A stretch of 63,727 nt of DNA, counting the filler, from Reclinomonas americana ATCC 50394 (taxonomy: Eukaryota): assembly GCA_048213135.1 (NCBI GenBank). It is 15 parts of 15 records of this genome, joined end to end, with 100 filler letters (N's around TTAATTAATTAA, not from the genome) between each part and the next. Parts side by side here need not be neighbours in the genome. Positions count along the whole stretch, not along the records: positions 1 to 1,526 come from AFZH01021200.1; positions 1,627 to 5,075 come from AFZH01021201.1; positions 5,176 to 6,942 come from AFZH01021203.1; positions 7,043 to 9,346 come from AFZH01021204.1; positions 9,447 to 21,634 come from AFZH01021205.1; 10 more parts are not named here. One strand, given 5' to 3'. Below, one piece after another: positions 1-12,827 of this stretch (position 1 is the first letter of the stretch; each line of letters opens with the position of its first letter). Both the position numbers and the translations under genes were made by a program. The notes beneath the pieces were generated by a model. That model had not been told where the DNA came from, made no database searches, and saw only the letters and a list, made by a program, of their open reading frames with translations.

Positions 1-97
1 GAGAGAGAGAGAGAAAACGAAGGAGAGAAAAACGAGTGCCGGCGGTCGGTGTGGAACAAAGACAGACATATCTGATAGAGAATACGAGAAACGCAAC

Positions 98-1645
98 TCG
101 TCCACAAACGCAATCAGTGCCTCGGCTGTGCGCGCTCCATTGTAGTCATACATGCGTCGGTTGCCGCGGAACAATTTCACGGTGGGGAATCCTTGCAGAC
201 GGAGTGCGTGTGCTGCATGCGGCAGTGAGACTCCAGCGCACATCCTCACACGCTTACACACGGTCGACGCAACAAATCTGCTCGTACTTGCTGCCGTCGA
301 TCTTGGCAACCATCACTTTGCGATCGCGCTGCTCGGGCGAGCTAAAGTGCTGCGCGACCTTTTCGTACTCGGGCGCCATTTGCTTGGAGTATGTGCACCC
401 TGTCGAGCTCGCGGCGTGAGGGAGAAAAAAAGGAGAGCTGACGCGCACGCAAGCGAGGATGCTGACGCAACATGGGGCGTACACTTGGAGGAGAAGCAGG
501 TCGTTCTCCTGCATCGCCAGCGCAATGTCCTTGGGTCGGAGGCGGCGGACGGTGGAGTCGTTGAAGCCGGTCTGTGGAAGGCGTGGCAAGGGTGAGAGGG
601 GAAGGGGGAAGGGGGAAGGGGGAAGGGTGAGAGGGGAAGGGAGTGAGGAGGGAGAAGAGAGAAGGAGAAATAGAATAAGCAGGAGGAGGAGGAGAAGAAG
701 AAGAACAAGAAGAACAAGAAGAACAAGAAGAACAAGAAGAACAAGAACAAGAAGAACAAGAAGAAGAACAAGGAGAAGAACAAGAAGAACAAGAACAAGA
801 ACAAGAACAAGAACAAGAACACGAAGACGAAGAAATAGAGGGAGAAGGAGGCAGAGAACAATGCAGAGAGAAAGGAAGTGGAGGACAAGAGGAGGCGGAA
901 GGGGAGAAGAAGAAGGGAGAGGGAACCACGGAGAAGGGGGACAACGAGGCAGAGGAGAACGAAGAGGAGGAACAGATGATGACGATGACATCAATCTTGA
1001 TGCAAACAAAGATGGCAGAGAACAAGGCGCGAACAGAGAGAGAGAGAGAGAGAGGAGGAGGAGGAGGAGAAGGAGAAGAAGAAGATGAAGAAGGAGATGA
1101 AGAAGGAGAAGAACAAGAACAAGAAGAAGACGAAGATATAGAAGGACAAGGAGGCAGAGAACAAGTCAGAGAGAAACGATGATGATGTCATCTCGATGCA
1201 ATCAAAGATGGCAGAGAACAAGGCGCGAAGAGAGAGAGAGAGAGAGAGTGAGAGAAAGAGAGAGGGAGGGAGAGAGAGAGAGCAAAAGAGAGACAAAGCG
1301 TCACATGATAACAGACTTGCACACCCTCTCTCACACGCACACACTCACCTCCGGCAACAACACATCCTCCTCCTCCTCTTCCTCGTCTCCCTTCTCCCCG
1401 CCCTTCTCATCTCCGTCTTTCACACTGCGCGGTTGCACCAACTGCAAATCACCGTCGGCATCGGCCTCCATGGGCGCCGTCATGAATGCCGCACGCATGG
1501 CTTCGACTTCTTCATCGGTGGGTTCGNNNNNNNNNNNNNNNNNNNNNNNNNNNNNNNNNNNNNNNNNNNNTTAATTAATTAANNNNNNNNNNNNNNNNNN
1601 NNNNNNNNNNNNNNNNNNNNNNNNNNGGAATGCTGTGCGTCGCAT
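98..1645 (-). CDS. Protein disulfide isomerase-family thioredoxin protein, secreted/ER; partial (continues past the left edge; exon 1 broken by a gap)
   Basis: Exons ~1645-1349, 571-472, 399-274 and 212-98 join in frame via GT-AG introns. Product: acidic linker, then LLLLQVYAPWCTYSKQMAPEYEKVA...VMVAKIDG...GFPTVKLFRG...YDYNGARTAEALIAFVD, a typical PDI a-type domain. The signal peptide is inferred from the upstream duplicated copies. Confidence 0.9.
1527..1626. other. Assembly spacer N44-TTAATTAATTAA-N44 (first of 14; others start at 5076, 6943, 9347, 21635, 26445, 28311, 32595, 36223, 47136, 51811, 56945, 58559, 61840)
   Basis: Identical 100-bp blocks with a six-frame stop linker between N runs. 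Confidence 0.99.
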
Positions 1646-2720
1646 TTGCATGCAATCAAAAACGAAAATGAAATGCACACTCGCTCTTCGATTGGAGTCA
1701 AACGGTGTGTGGTGTTGTTGCACTGATGGTGCCAGCGTGGAAGTAGGATGTACATTGCGCGCGGAAACAGGAGCCATGTATTGTTGGTCCGGTTTCCGAC
1801 AAGTACATTTTGAATTTTTGCTTTGTTGCGACTTCTTCATCGGTGGGTTCGTCGCTTTCCTCGCGAGAGTTGCGGCGAGCTGACACTGACAGCGACAGTG
1901 ATGCAATGAGAATGATGCTGAGGAGGAGGAGCAAGAGCAATGCGCGTCGCATTTGCATGCAATCAAAAACGAAAATGAAATGCACACTCGCTCTTCGATT
2001 GGAGTCGACAGTGTTGCAGCACAGAGGTGTCTTGCACTGATGCGCGCACGAGTGTGGAAGCAGGATGCATTGCGCGCGGAAACAGGAGCCATGTATTGGT
2101 CCGGTTTGCGACAATTTTATGCTTTGCTTCGACTTCTTCATCGGTGGGCTCATCGCTTTCCTCGCGAGAGTTGCGGCGAGCTGACACTGACAGCGACAGT
2201 GATGCAATGAGAATGATGCTGAGGAGGAGGAGCAAGAGCAATGCGCGTCGCATTTGCATGCAATCAAAAACGAAAATGAAATGCACACTCTGGTCGACTG
2301 GAGTCAAACGGTGTGTGGTGTGCAGTACAAGAGTGCTTTGCACCGATGGTGCCAGCGTGGAAGTAGGATGCACATTGCGCGCGGAAACAGGAGCCATGTA
2401 TTGTTGCAATTGGTCCGGTTTCCGACAAGTACATTTGAATTTATGCTTTGTTGCGACTTCTTCATCGGTGGGTTCGTCGCTTTCCTCGCGAAAGTTGCGG
2501 CGAGCTGACACTGACAGTGATGCAATGAGAATGAAGAGGAAGAGCAGGAGGATTGCTGTGCACGTGCGTCGCATTTGCAACAAAAACGAAAATGAAATGC
2601 ACACACGCTGGTCGATTAGAGTCAAACGGTGCGTGGTGTTGCAAAGCATTGATATAGCCAGCATGGAGGAAGGATGTACATTGCGCGCGGAAACAGGAGC
2701 CTTGCATTGATCCGGTTTGT
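1627..2720 (-). repeat. Tandem array of ~300-320 bp units, each with the PDI upstream region, ATG and signal-peptide start
   Basis: ATG(CGACGC) recurs at 1645, 1952, 2253 and 2574. Three copies encode MRR-hydrophobic-SARRN(S/F)REESDEPTDEEV. The same EPTDEEV codons occur at 1505-1525 in the real exon. Confidence 0.9.
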
Positions 2721-2941
2721 TTCGAATTCATTCTTGCAAATTCGACGTCGCTGAGTTGAATGAAATGCCGTGGCGCCGAGCCCGTTGCCTCCTGTTTCGG
2801 ATCCCGTTTCCAAAGCGCCACAGCAGCTCGTCCTTGTGCCTCCAAATGTTGTTGTAGATGAACCGGATTCATTGATCGGGATGGAGTGGTGGATTCTTGA
2901 TTGTGTGGCGTGCGTGCGTGTGCGTGAGTCAGGGGGAAAGC

Positions 2942-5900
2942 ATGAGCTCCAAGAAGAACCAGCGGCGACCCAAGGGCACCGCCGGCCCATCGAGCAGCAG
3001 GCAAGTCGCTCTCTCTCTCACACACAGATATTTGCATGTGAGCACACCACTCTCTCTCTCTCACGCGCGTGCGACAACTGCGCATTCTCTCTCTCTACCA
3101 CACACACTCTGTCTCTCTTCCTCTCCCACGCACACGCATCTGCTGCACTCACAACCTCACAAAAGGGGCGCGAAACAAAAAAAGGGAGCTGGAAATGGCT
3201 CCCCTCTCTCACTCACACGCACACGTCTCTCTCTTCTGTGCAGTCACGCGGCTGCCTCTCTCGCCGGTTCCGCTTCGTCCATGGCCGATCCATTTGCTCG
3301 ATTTCTCGCCGGCGGATCGACGGGCTCGGCTTCAGCGGCGTCGGCGGGTGTGAGTCATGCAGGATCGTCTTCGTCGGAGGCGGAGTCGTTTGCGGCCATG
3401 TCCATGTCGCGCGTGAAGGGCTACGTTGCGTGTGTGAAGTGGGATTGCAGGGCGGCAAGGACGGGGCGAGTTTGTCCTGTTTGTCGGGGCTCTGCTGGGG
3501 AGACAACAGAAGGAGGGAGGGAGGGAAAGGGAGAGAGAGAGGAGGGAGAGGAAAGAGCGAGGGAGTCATGCATCAGTCGACCGACCGCTTGACGATGCAG
3601 AGAGAAGACGAGTCTTTCGATTGGCTTGGCAGTCGTGGCGGAGGCGAGAGGCATCATTGAGAAGATAGATGTATTCATCGACAGGTTGCTGGGCGATCGA
3701 TGTACACAACTTGGCTGAGAGAGAAATGAGTCGATCGATTGGCTTGGCAAATCCTGGCAGAGGCCAGAGTCTTGAGAAGATAGATGTTCATCGACAGGGT
3801 GCTTGGCAATCGATGTACACAACTTGGCTGAGAGAAATGAGTCGATCGATTGACTTGGCGATTGTGGCAGAGGCGAGAGGCATCATAGAGCGTTGTGAGG
3901 AGTAAGAGTCATGCATTGATCGACAGGCTGCTTGGCGATCGACACAGAATTAGAGACGACAGAGCAATGCACTGTCCCTCGCGTGTGTGCTGGCGATCTA
4001 TGCGCTTGCAAAGAGACGATAGCCGTGGCACAGGCGAGAGTCATCGCTGAGCGTGAGAGAAGAGAGTTATGCTTGCTGCTTGACAATTGATGCGCCCAAC
4101 GATGCAGAGAGACGAGAGTCGATCGATTGGCGATCGTGGCACAGGCTGAGGCCAGACAGACGTGAGAGCCATGAGAGATGAGAGGCATTTATCGACGCGC
4201 TCTCTGATGATCGATGCGCCCGGTGCAGAGAGAAGAGAGGCACACAACCATCGACAGCTGCTCAGCGATCAACACTGCGTTACAGCGACAAGAGAGTGAT
4301 GTTATGTTCTGGACTCGCTGCTTGGCGATCGAGGCACACAGCGTCGCAGAGAAGAGAGCTATGTATGCTCCTTGAGCACTGATGGACACCATCGTAGTCT
4401 ACGGTTGTTGGGATCTCTCACGCATCACCAGCTGCCGTCGCGCTGACATCCGTTCTCTCACAGGAGGCCGACCAGCTGCGCTTGCTGTTCAAGAAGCTGA
4501 GCAAGAAGGACTCGGTGACCAAGTTGAAGGCGTTCACAGAGTTGTCCGACTTTGTGGAGCGCATGGAGAGTGCGGATTCGGATGACATGCGGGAAACCCT
4601 GGCACAGTTGATTCCTGAGTGGGCGATTGCTTACAAGTTGAGTGGATAGGAAATGGGGTGGCTTCCAGCTGTGCTCCCTCCCCGCTCGCCTCTTGCTCGA
4701 TCTCCACTCACTTCTTGCTCGTTCTCCACTCGCCTCTCGCTCGTTCTCCACTCGCCTCTCGCTCGTTCTCCCACTCGCCTCTTGCTTGTTCTCCCACTCG
4801 CCTCTTGCTCGTTCTCCACTCGCCCCTTTCTCGTTCCCCCACTCGCCTCTTGCTCGTTCCCCCACTCGCCTCTTGCTCGTTCCCCCACTCGCCTCTTGCT
4901 CGTTCCCCCACTCGCCTCTTGCTCGTTCCCCCACTCGCCTCTTGCTCGTTCTCCACTCGCCTCTTGCTCGTTCTCCACTCGCCTCGTGCTCATTCCCCCA
5001 CTCGCTGTGCTCATTCCCCACTTGCTCCTGCTCGTTCCCCCACTCGCCTCTTGCCCGTTCTCCTCTCTCTCTCTCNNNNNNNNNNNNNNNNNNNNNNNNN
5101 NNNNNNNNNNNNNNNNNNNTTAATTAATTAANNNNNNNNNNNNNNNNNNNNNNNNNNNNNNNNNNNNNNNNNNNNGGGAAGAGGGAAGAGGGAAGAGGGA
5201 AGAGGGAAGAGGGAAGAGGGAAGAGGGAAGAGGGAAGAGGGAAGAGGAAGAGGAGGAGGAGTGGAGAAGGAGTGGAGAGGGGGAGGAGAAGAAGGAAGAG
5301 GAAGAGGAAGAGGAAGAGGAAGAGGAAGAGGAAGAGGAAGAGGAAGAGGAAGAGGAAGAGGAAGAGGAAGAGGAAGAGGAAGAGGACGAGGAAGAGGAAG
5401 AGGACAAAACGGATGACCACGCTGTGTGCGGTGTATATGCGCGTCTCATCACTGTCCTTCTCTGTCCTCTGAATCACATTCTCGGTCCTTGTCTCATTTC
5501 CAGTCTGTCTCTGTCTCATTCCTTTTCTTCCTTCGTCGTCTCCATCTTCCTCTGTTCCTCTCATGTTCCTCATCCTCTTCTTTCTCGTTCTTCTTCTTCT
5601 CGTCTTGTTCTTGTGCTTCGTCGACTTCTTCTTTTCCTTCTTCTGTTCTAGTTCTTCTTCTTGTCCTTTTTGTTCCATGCTTGTTCTCGTTCTTGTTCTT
5701 GTTGTTGTTCTTGTTCTTGTTTTTGTTCTTGTCCTTTTTGTTCAATGCTTCTTGTTCTTCTTCTCCTCTCGTCATCTTGTCCTTTTGGTTCTTGTTCTTC
5801 TTCTTCTTCTTGTTCTCCTCCTCCTCCTCCTCCTTCATCTTCTTTTCCTTCTTGCTCGTGTTCTTGTTTTCTTCTTCTTCTTCTCGCACTTCTCTTCTTC

Positions 5901-7070
5901 TTGTCACCCTTCTCTTAATCATCATCTTCTTCCTCTTTCTTCTTCTTTTCTTCACCTTCTTCCTCTCGTCTTCTTCTTATTCTCTTCTTCTCATCCTCAC
6001 CCTTCTCTCGTCTCTTCTCTCTTCTCACACCCTTCCCCCTTCCCCCACAGACGCCCAGCACGTCAACGTGTGGAAACTGTGCGCCAGCGTGGCCACCCAA
6101 AGCGCGCTCTTTGAGAGCAGCGACGAACTACTGGCGCAGCTGCGCTCCACGCTGCCGTCGCTCTTGCCGACGGCCAACAAGGGCGTGCTGACTGCAATTC
6201 TGCGCTTCCTCGCCGTGTACTTGCGACGACCGACCGCCACGCCGACGGTCGACGAACGAGTGGAGCCGTTTGTCGACTTTCTCATTCAGCAGATGCGCGC
6301 GGCGCAGCTGGAGCCCGAGTTGCTTGACCTGATTGGACGGCAATGCCCTTCGCTCTCGTCGTTGCGAGTGGCGCAACAGTACTTGGTGGACGCTGTGCAG
6401 CACAGACCAGACGACGAACTCGACTTTTCCACGATGAACATTCGCAAGATGCCTGCGTTGCGTCCTCCTGGGCATGTGATAAGCGCGCCTATGTTATTCA
6501 TACGTGCTCATCTCTCTCTCACACACAGAGAGGCACTCGACTCCCTGCGCGAGCGTCTGTTGGCCGCCCCCGCATTGCAGTGGCACCACGACTCCAGTTT
6601 CTGGCTCGTGCTGCTGGAGCTCATGCGGTTGGAGGTGGAGCCGACGCTGTCGTCGTCGCCGTTTGTGTTCCACGCGGCGATCAAGCTGGCGGCGATTCAT
6701 GTGGAGCGGCATGCGCGACTTGTGAGCGACGATGTGCGAGTCGATCAGTTTGTGCTCGATGCGGTCGGCCGGAGCTCCGACGAGGATCGCGTGCGATTCG
6801 CCAATGCTCTCATGCTGCGCTTGTTTTTGGTGAAGGTCGAGTTTGGCACGAGGTGAGAAGGAAAGGGAGAAGGAAAGGGGGAAAGGGTGGGAAGAGGGCG
6901 CATCTTCTCGCGGTCACTGGTCGGTTTTCTCCACCAGTTGTANNNNNNNNNNNNNNNNNNNNNNNNNNNNNNNNNNNNNNNNNNNNTTAATTAATTAANN
7001 NNNNNNNNNNNNNNNNNNNNNNNNNNNNNNNNNNNNNNNNNNTCTTCTTCTTCTTCTTCGTCGTCGACTA

Positions 7071-7122
<52 letters not shown>

Positions 7123-10100
7123 GAACTACAGATTTTATGGGTTGCCTGTTGTCGTTCGCAACACTTGAACTCATCATGATTCTTTCTCACCTTCCAGGTT
7201 CGACGCCGGCGCTGTCATCAACGACCTGGTCGAGCACTGCCAGTGCTCGCGTTCCGTGGTCAACGACGCCGTGTTCTTTGCGTCGATTCAGGAGCAGGAG
7301 CGCGTCGTCACACCCCTCTGCGGTGCCGTGTTTGCGCAGTGCCAGGTGAGCGTGCATGCAAGGATCCATGCGGTCACTTGCCCCTTCGTGCTCACCTTCC
7401 TCTGCTCTTCGGTGCACAGCTGTTGTGTGTGCGATCACACTGGCTCATGGCACCCGGTGCACAAATGCCCTCCGTGGACGCGCTGGCGATGCGCGCCTTC
7501 TCTCGCTTCATCCAAGCGCAAATTGATTTTCTGTCGGCGCTCTTGTCTCGCGTGCGTTGCACTCCTCTTTGCCGTGCCCTTGACCACATTACCGACCTTG
7601 TCTTGCGCCACAGGAGGATGTGTGCTACCGCTTCTGCGGTGAGCACCGCCCGGTGATGGTGTTGCTCGAGCTGAGTCGGTCTCGCCTGCTGATGGAGTTC
7701 TTGGTTCGATACGGCAGCTCGGTGTGGTGGGAGCGGTGCGTCTCTCTCTTCGCCATTTTCTTCTTCCTCCTCCTCTCCTTTTCCTCATCTCACCACCTTC
7801 GCAGTCGCGACGAGCTGGCCGCTCATGTTCGCGCCCATCTGCGCTTGATTGGGAAGCGTCGTGCCTCCAAGTCGGACACGGAGCGCGTCGAGGAGCTGGT
7901 GCGTGAGGAGGACGAGGAGGACGATGCCGACGAGGACGATTTGAATGAGATTTACGGAGAGCCGGATACGCACATTCTGGCGCCGCTGGTGTCGCGTGCC
8001 GCCAAGGTGCTGCGCATGTACACCACCATGTGGACGTCGTCGCCGGCATTTTGGAGTGGATGGAGCTGTGCGTGGCCGAATCTCGATTTGCAGGTGAGCG
8101 GTGTGGGGGACAGAGTGCGATTTGAATCCATTCGCTGACGCGCAGTGCAGGGCATGCGGGCGCTGCTCATGTTTACCGATCAAGTGATGCGCATTCGCGA
8201 GGCGCCACAGTACCGAGCATTGTGGGCCGCGCAAGGTGTGCCACGTTTTTCAACCAGTAATGTTCGTGCGCATCTCCGTGACTAAAAGATTGTTGATCGT
8301 GCAGCTCTGGAGGCCGCCCTGGACCAACTGCAAGAGCCTGCACATGCTGCGGCTGCCGCCGAGGAGGTTGCGTATGTGCGACTGAGATTAATCAGTGGGC
8401 TCACTGCGCGACTCGGCGAGTGCGCACGGAGCTCTCAGCAGGCCGCCGCCGTGTGCGAGCGTGTTCTTGTTCGTGCGCGCCAGTCGGCGGCAGCAGCTGC
8501 GGCCGCTGCTGGATCTGCAGAACCGTCCCTTGTAACCGTGTCGCGCGCTGCGGCTGTGCTGCTGTGCGTCACCCAAACGGCACCGCTGGTCGGCGTCCCT
8601 GTCGATGACGAGCACGTGCGTCAGCTTGCTCAGACAGTGGAGGGATCGAGAGCGCTGTTGGAGGTGAGTCGCGCATCTCTCCGCAAAGAGTGTGGCGTGC
8701 TGAGTTACTTGGCGCACGCAGAGCAATACGGCTGCCGGCACCAGTGGCTTGTCGGTGCTGCTTGCCACCACGATGCTGTGGTTGATTGCCGACTGTCCGC
8801 AAATGCCGCTGGCAGAAGCTGCGTCCGCGTTGCGTGACGCTGCTCTTCCGGTGGCCTTGGAGATGGCCGGCCGTGAGGCTTGTGGCGGCGCGTTGGTGTC
8901 GGAGGCACTCGAGCTGTGCACGCTGCGTGCCGGTGCTCTTGTCGATGGCGGTGAGTGCTATTTGTTGCTGCTTCTGCAATGGCGTGAGGAGGGCGTCGTG
9001 CTAATGGAGGGCAATCGCAGAGGTGAAGCAGAGGACTGGGGCTGCACTGGCCGACATTTTCGTGCAGGCCACGGATGGGTTGGTGGCGGCGGTGGCCTCG
9101 GATGCGCTGAGCAGGTGAGCGAGGGAGAGGGAGAAAGGGGTGAAAGGGGAAGGGTGAAAGGAGAAGGGGGAGGAGGGAAGAAGGGGGAAGGGAGAGGGGG
9201 AAGAAGGGAGGGAGAAAAGTTGATTGTTAAGAGTCGTAAGTGTTTCAGTGCACTTTTCGTCTCTTTCTCTCTCTTGCCTTCTCTTTCTTCCTTTTGCTAT
9301 GTGTCTCTCGCGCGTGTGTGCATTGTGTGTGCTACAGAGAGCTTCGNNNNNNNNNNNNNNNNNNNNNNNNNNNNNNNNNNNNNNNNNNNNTTAATTAATT
9401 AANNNNNNNNNNNNNNNNNNNNNNNNNNNNNNNNNNNNNNNNNNNNTTCGTTCTCTGTCGTTCTCTCCGTTCTCTGTCGTTCTCTGTCGTTCTCTTCGTT
9501 CTCTGTCGTTCGCCATCCATCCCCGTGCTCACCTCCTTGCCCTTGTCACCCTGTGCAGTCTGGGTGGCGACGTCCTGCAACGCCTGGTCTCCGACACCGA
9601 CTTGGTGAGTCGTCTGGCCAAGAAACTGCTGTGCAGCACAACGGGTGATCTGGCTGGCGTGCTGCAAACATTCTCGCTGGTGGAAGAGTGCCTGCCGCAC
9701 CTGCTGCCGCACGCCGAAACCGTGCTGCGTGCGCGCAATACGCGCTCCACGGCTGCGCTGCTGGCCAGCACGGGAACAGCGCGCTCAGCGCCTTCTGCTT
9801 CCGGAAGCCAGCAAAAGCCACATCACCACTCGGAGGAGGAAGATGAGGAGGAAGAGGACGATGAGGACGATGACGACGACGACGAGGAGGAGAGCGACGA
9901 TGAGGAGATTGAGGGCGAGACTCGTGAGGTGATGGCGGGCCTGTTTGGCGACGCCTTTGCCACTGCCCTGTTGCGCTGGAGTGCGCGCTTTGGTGGTCGC
10001 ATCCAGCAAGCCGACTTGTCGGTGCTCGACTTTTCGCATGGAGGCGACGAGCTGGCCTGCATTCGTCTCGGTCTCAGTTGGATCACCATCCTCAATCTGT

Positions 10101-11856
10101 GCGTGCTGACGCAGCACTTGCGCGGCGACTCGCTGGCGCAGTTCTTGCGCGAGCGCCGTCTGCTGAAGCCCGTGTTCAGTCTGCTCATCACGTTCTTCAT
10201 GTTGCGTCCGCGTGGTGCGAGAGAGGAAGGGTGTAAATGTCTGTGAGCTGAACTTCTTGTTGTACATGCAGCCGCGCACGCGCCGAACTGCACTTGGAGC
10301 GGTACGCGCAGCGCATGGTGCAGGCGGATGCGCGATTCACTGCACTTGTGCGTAGCTCGGAGGTGACGCAGCGGGTGCATTCGCTGGCGCAGGATGGTGT
10401 GTTGGTGGGCGGTGCGCATTTCAAGGATGTGGAGTCGGAGGCCGTTGATGGTGAGCGGAGGGGAAAGGGGGGATGGGAGAAGGAGAGGGAAGGGGACGTG
10501 AAGGGAAAGGAAGAATGGGAAAGGGGAAAAAGGGAAGGAGAGATGAAGGGAAAGGGGACATGAAGGGAAAGGGGGGAAGAATGGGAAGGAGAGGTGACAG
10601 GAAAGGGGGAAGAAAGGAAGGGAGAGGACGAGAAGAAGAGCAGGGCCAGAAATGATTGATAACGAGGACGAACTTGCTGTATGCTGATGGTGCTCAAGAA
10701 AGGACACAAGCAGCCACGGTAGTAGCAGGTTGGATTCGTGTTTTGTGTAGATTTTCTCTTGTTCGTAGTTGCGTGGTGGTGGTACAGAGTGGTGAGGAGA
10801 TGCGAGAGCAGCACGGCGCAAGGAACGCACGAAGGTGACGATAATCGTGTGTGTTGCACGCGTACATCTCTCTCTCTCTCACTTACGCACTCGAGGGAAA
10901 AAGAAGGCGATGGAAAGTGAGACACAAAAACAGCTGGGGTCACTCATTTGGACGTCGTCTCCTTAAGAGAAAGAGAGAGAAAATGAATAGAATGTTGGTG
11001 CAAGGAATGAGCGAAGAACACGGCTGTAGCGACGGGGAAGTAAGCCGCGGGGAAGAGAAGAGCGAGCGACAAGAGATAGGATAGAGTGTGCGAGCGAGCG
11101 CAGCGAATTGTTGAGGAGTGTGGAGAGGGCAATGTTATGGTGAGAGATAGGTTCTCGAGAACCGACCCTTGCCGATCAACGTCTCTTTGTCTTCCTCCTT
11201 CTGTTCTCACCTCTTCTCCATGTTCAGTGGTGTTCTGTTGGTTCCTGTGGCGTGCCGTGGCCGAGTTGCCAGCCACCTGCCGCCTGTGGTACATTGACGC
11301 GCGCAGCGACCGCAACGTCGGCCAATTCACGGAGAAGTTCATGAAGTCGTGTGTGAGCCCGCGTGTGATTGGCGAGGAGATGGCGGCGGTGGAGAGTTTG
11401 GCGCGCTCCTCTGACCAGCTGACGGTCAGCGGGAGTGCGGAGAGTGGCGTGATGACGTGCACGTATGCGGTGGACGAGGTGCAGGCGTGCATTCAGGTGA
11501 AGCTTCCCGACGTGTACCCGCTGCGTCGCATGGAGGTGTCGCATCCGAAGCGTGCCGGTGTGTCGGAGGATGTGCTGCGTGCGTGGGAGACCAAGATGTT
11601 GGCGGCGGTGTTCCAGCAGGATGGATCAGGTGCGGTGGGGGAGGAGAGGGGGAAGGGAGGAGGAGAGGGAAGGGAGGAAGGGGTTGAGGGGAAGGGAGTA
11701 GGGGGGAAGGGGGGAGAGGGGAAGGGAGTAGAGGGGAAGGGAGTAGAGGGGAAGGGGTTAGAGGGGGAGGAAAGGGGAATGGAGGAGAGGGGAAGAGAGT
11801 AGAGAGGAAGGGAGTAGAGGGCAAGGGAGGAGAGGGGAAGAGAGTAGAGGGGAAGG

Positions 11857-11894
<38 letters not shown>

Positions 11895-12711
11895 GGAGGG
11901 AGAGAGAGGAGGAAATCGATACAAGGTAGACATGGATGGGAATGAGAGAGCGAGAGGGGAGGCCACAAGGTGAAGACATAAGCGAGCAGACCGTAAATGA
12001 GAGACCGTGAGCTTGCAAGAGACGGAGTTGGAGAGAATGAGAGAGTGTAGCGAGATTAGCTTTGATGAAGCGGCGAGTGAGAGAGAAACTGACTGAATGC
12101 AAATGAGGAATAGGAGAGGAATAGATAGAAACTGTGAGAAGGGACTGTGCTAATTCCTATCATGAAAGAAAGGAAAATGCAGAGTACAGACATTGAATCA
12201 AAAAGGTTGAGAAAGACTGAGAAGCAGCAGTTGGGATTGTTATGTGAGAGGAAGAGGGATGCGTGTGAACTGAGCAAAAAATGTAAGACCAAAATGCAGA
12301 GAACAATGAGTGCAGTAAGTCAAAGAGTGAAATGGAGGGACACCAGAAGAGATAGGAAAGTGGAGAGCATTGTCACTCTTGTATCTTCACATTGACACCT
12401 TCCTCCCTTCCCCTCTCCCGCAGTCGCCAACGCCGTGTCGCTGTGGTCGGAGAACCTCACCAAGCACTTCGAGGGCGTGGAACCATGCCCGATTTGCTTC
12501 TCGATTTTGCACCCGACCACTCACGCCATTCCCGATCTCACCTGCCGAACATGCAAGCAGCGCTTCCACGGAGCGTGTCTGGTTCGTGCCGCCCCCTCAC
12601 CTCTTCTTATCCCCATCTCTCCCTCACCATACTCTATCGTGCCACACACAGTATCGCTGGTTCCGCTCCTCGCAGAACAGCACATGTCCGCACTGCCGTT
12701 CGGTGTTTTAG
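2942..12711 (+). CDS. LTN1: E3 ubiquitin ligase listerin (ribosome quality control); multi-exon, some exons lost in gaps
   Basis: N-terminus MSSKKNQRRPKGTAGPSSS, then LFKKLSKKDSVTKLKA (4464-4636), HEAT-like exons and an RWD-like region (YAVDEV...KLPDVYPL). C-terminal RING is HFEGVEPCPICFSILH...[32 protein letters not shown] with TAG at 12709-12711. Confidence 0.95.
3630..4330. repeat. Degenerate ~105-bp intronic tandem repeat in LTN1
   Basis: Recurring GAGTCGATCGATTGGC, CTTGGCGATCGA and GATGTACACAACTTGGCTGAGAG. Confidence 0.75.
4680..5065. repeat. ~21-23 bp intronic minisatellite (CCACTCGCCTCTTGCTCGTTC)
   Basis: More than 15 near-identical tandem units. Confidence 0.95.
5176..5403. repeat. 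(GGGAAGA)n then (GGAAGA)n purine microsatellite
   Basis: Direct inspection. Confidence 0.95.
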
Positions 12712-12827
12712 AGCGATTGCGACGTAAAAGAGAGAAAAATGTTGTCCACCACTATCCATGTCATTCATCTTCTGCCTCCCTCCTTTATGTATGTATGCAT
12801 TGTGGTGGCGATGCGATCGACCGAGTG

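Noticed and set aside
1527..1626. Recurrent palindromic TTAATTAATTAA motif
   Set aside because: Always centred in N runs; an artificial scaffold linker with stops in all six frames.
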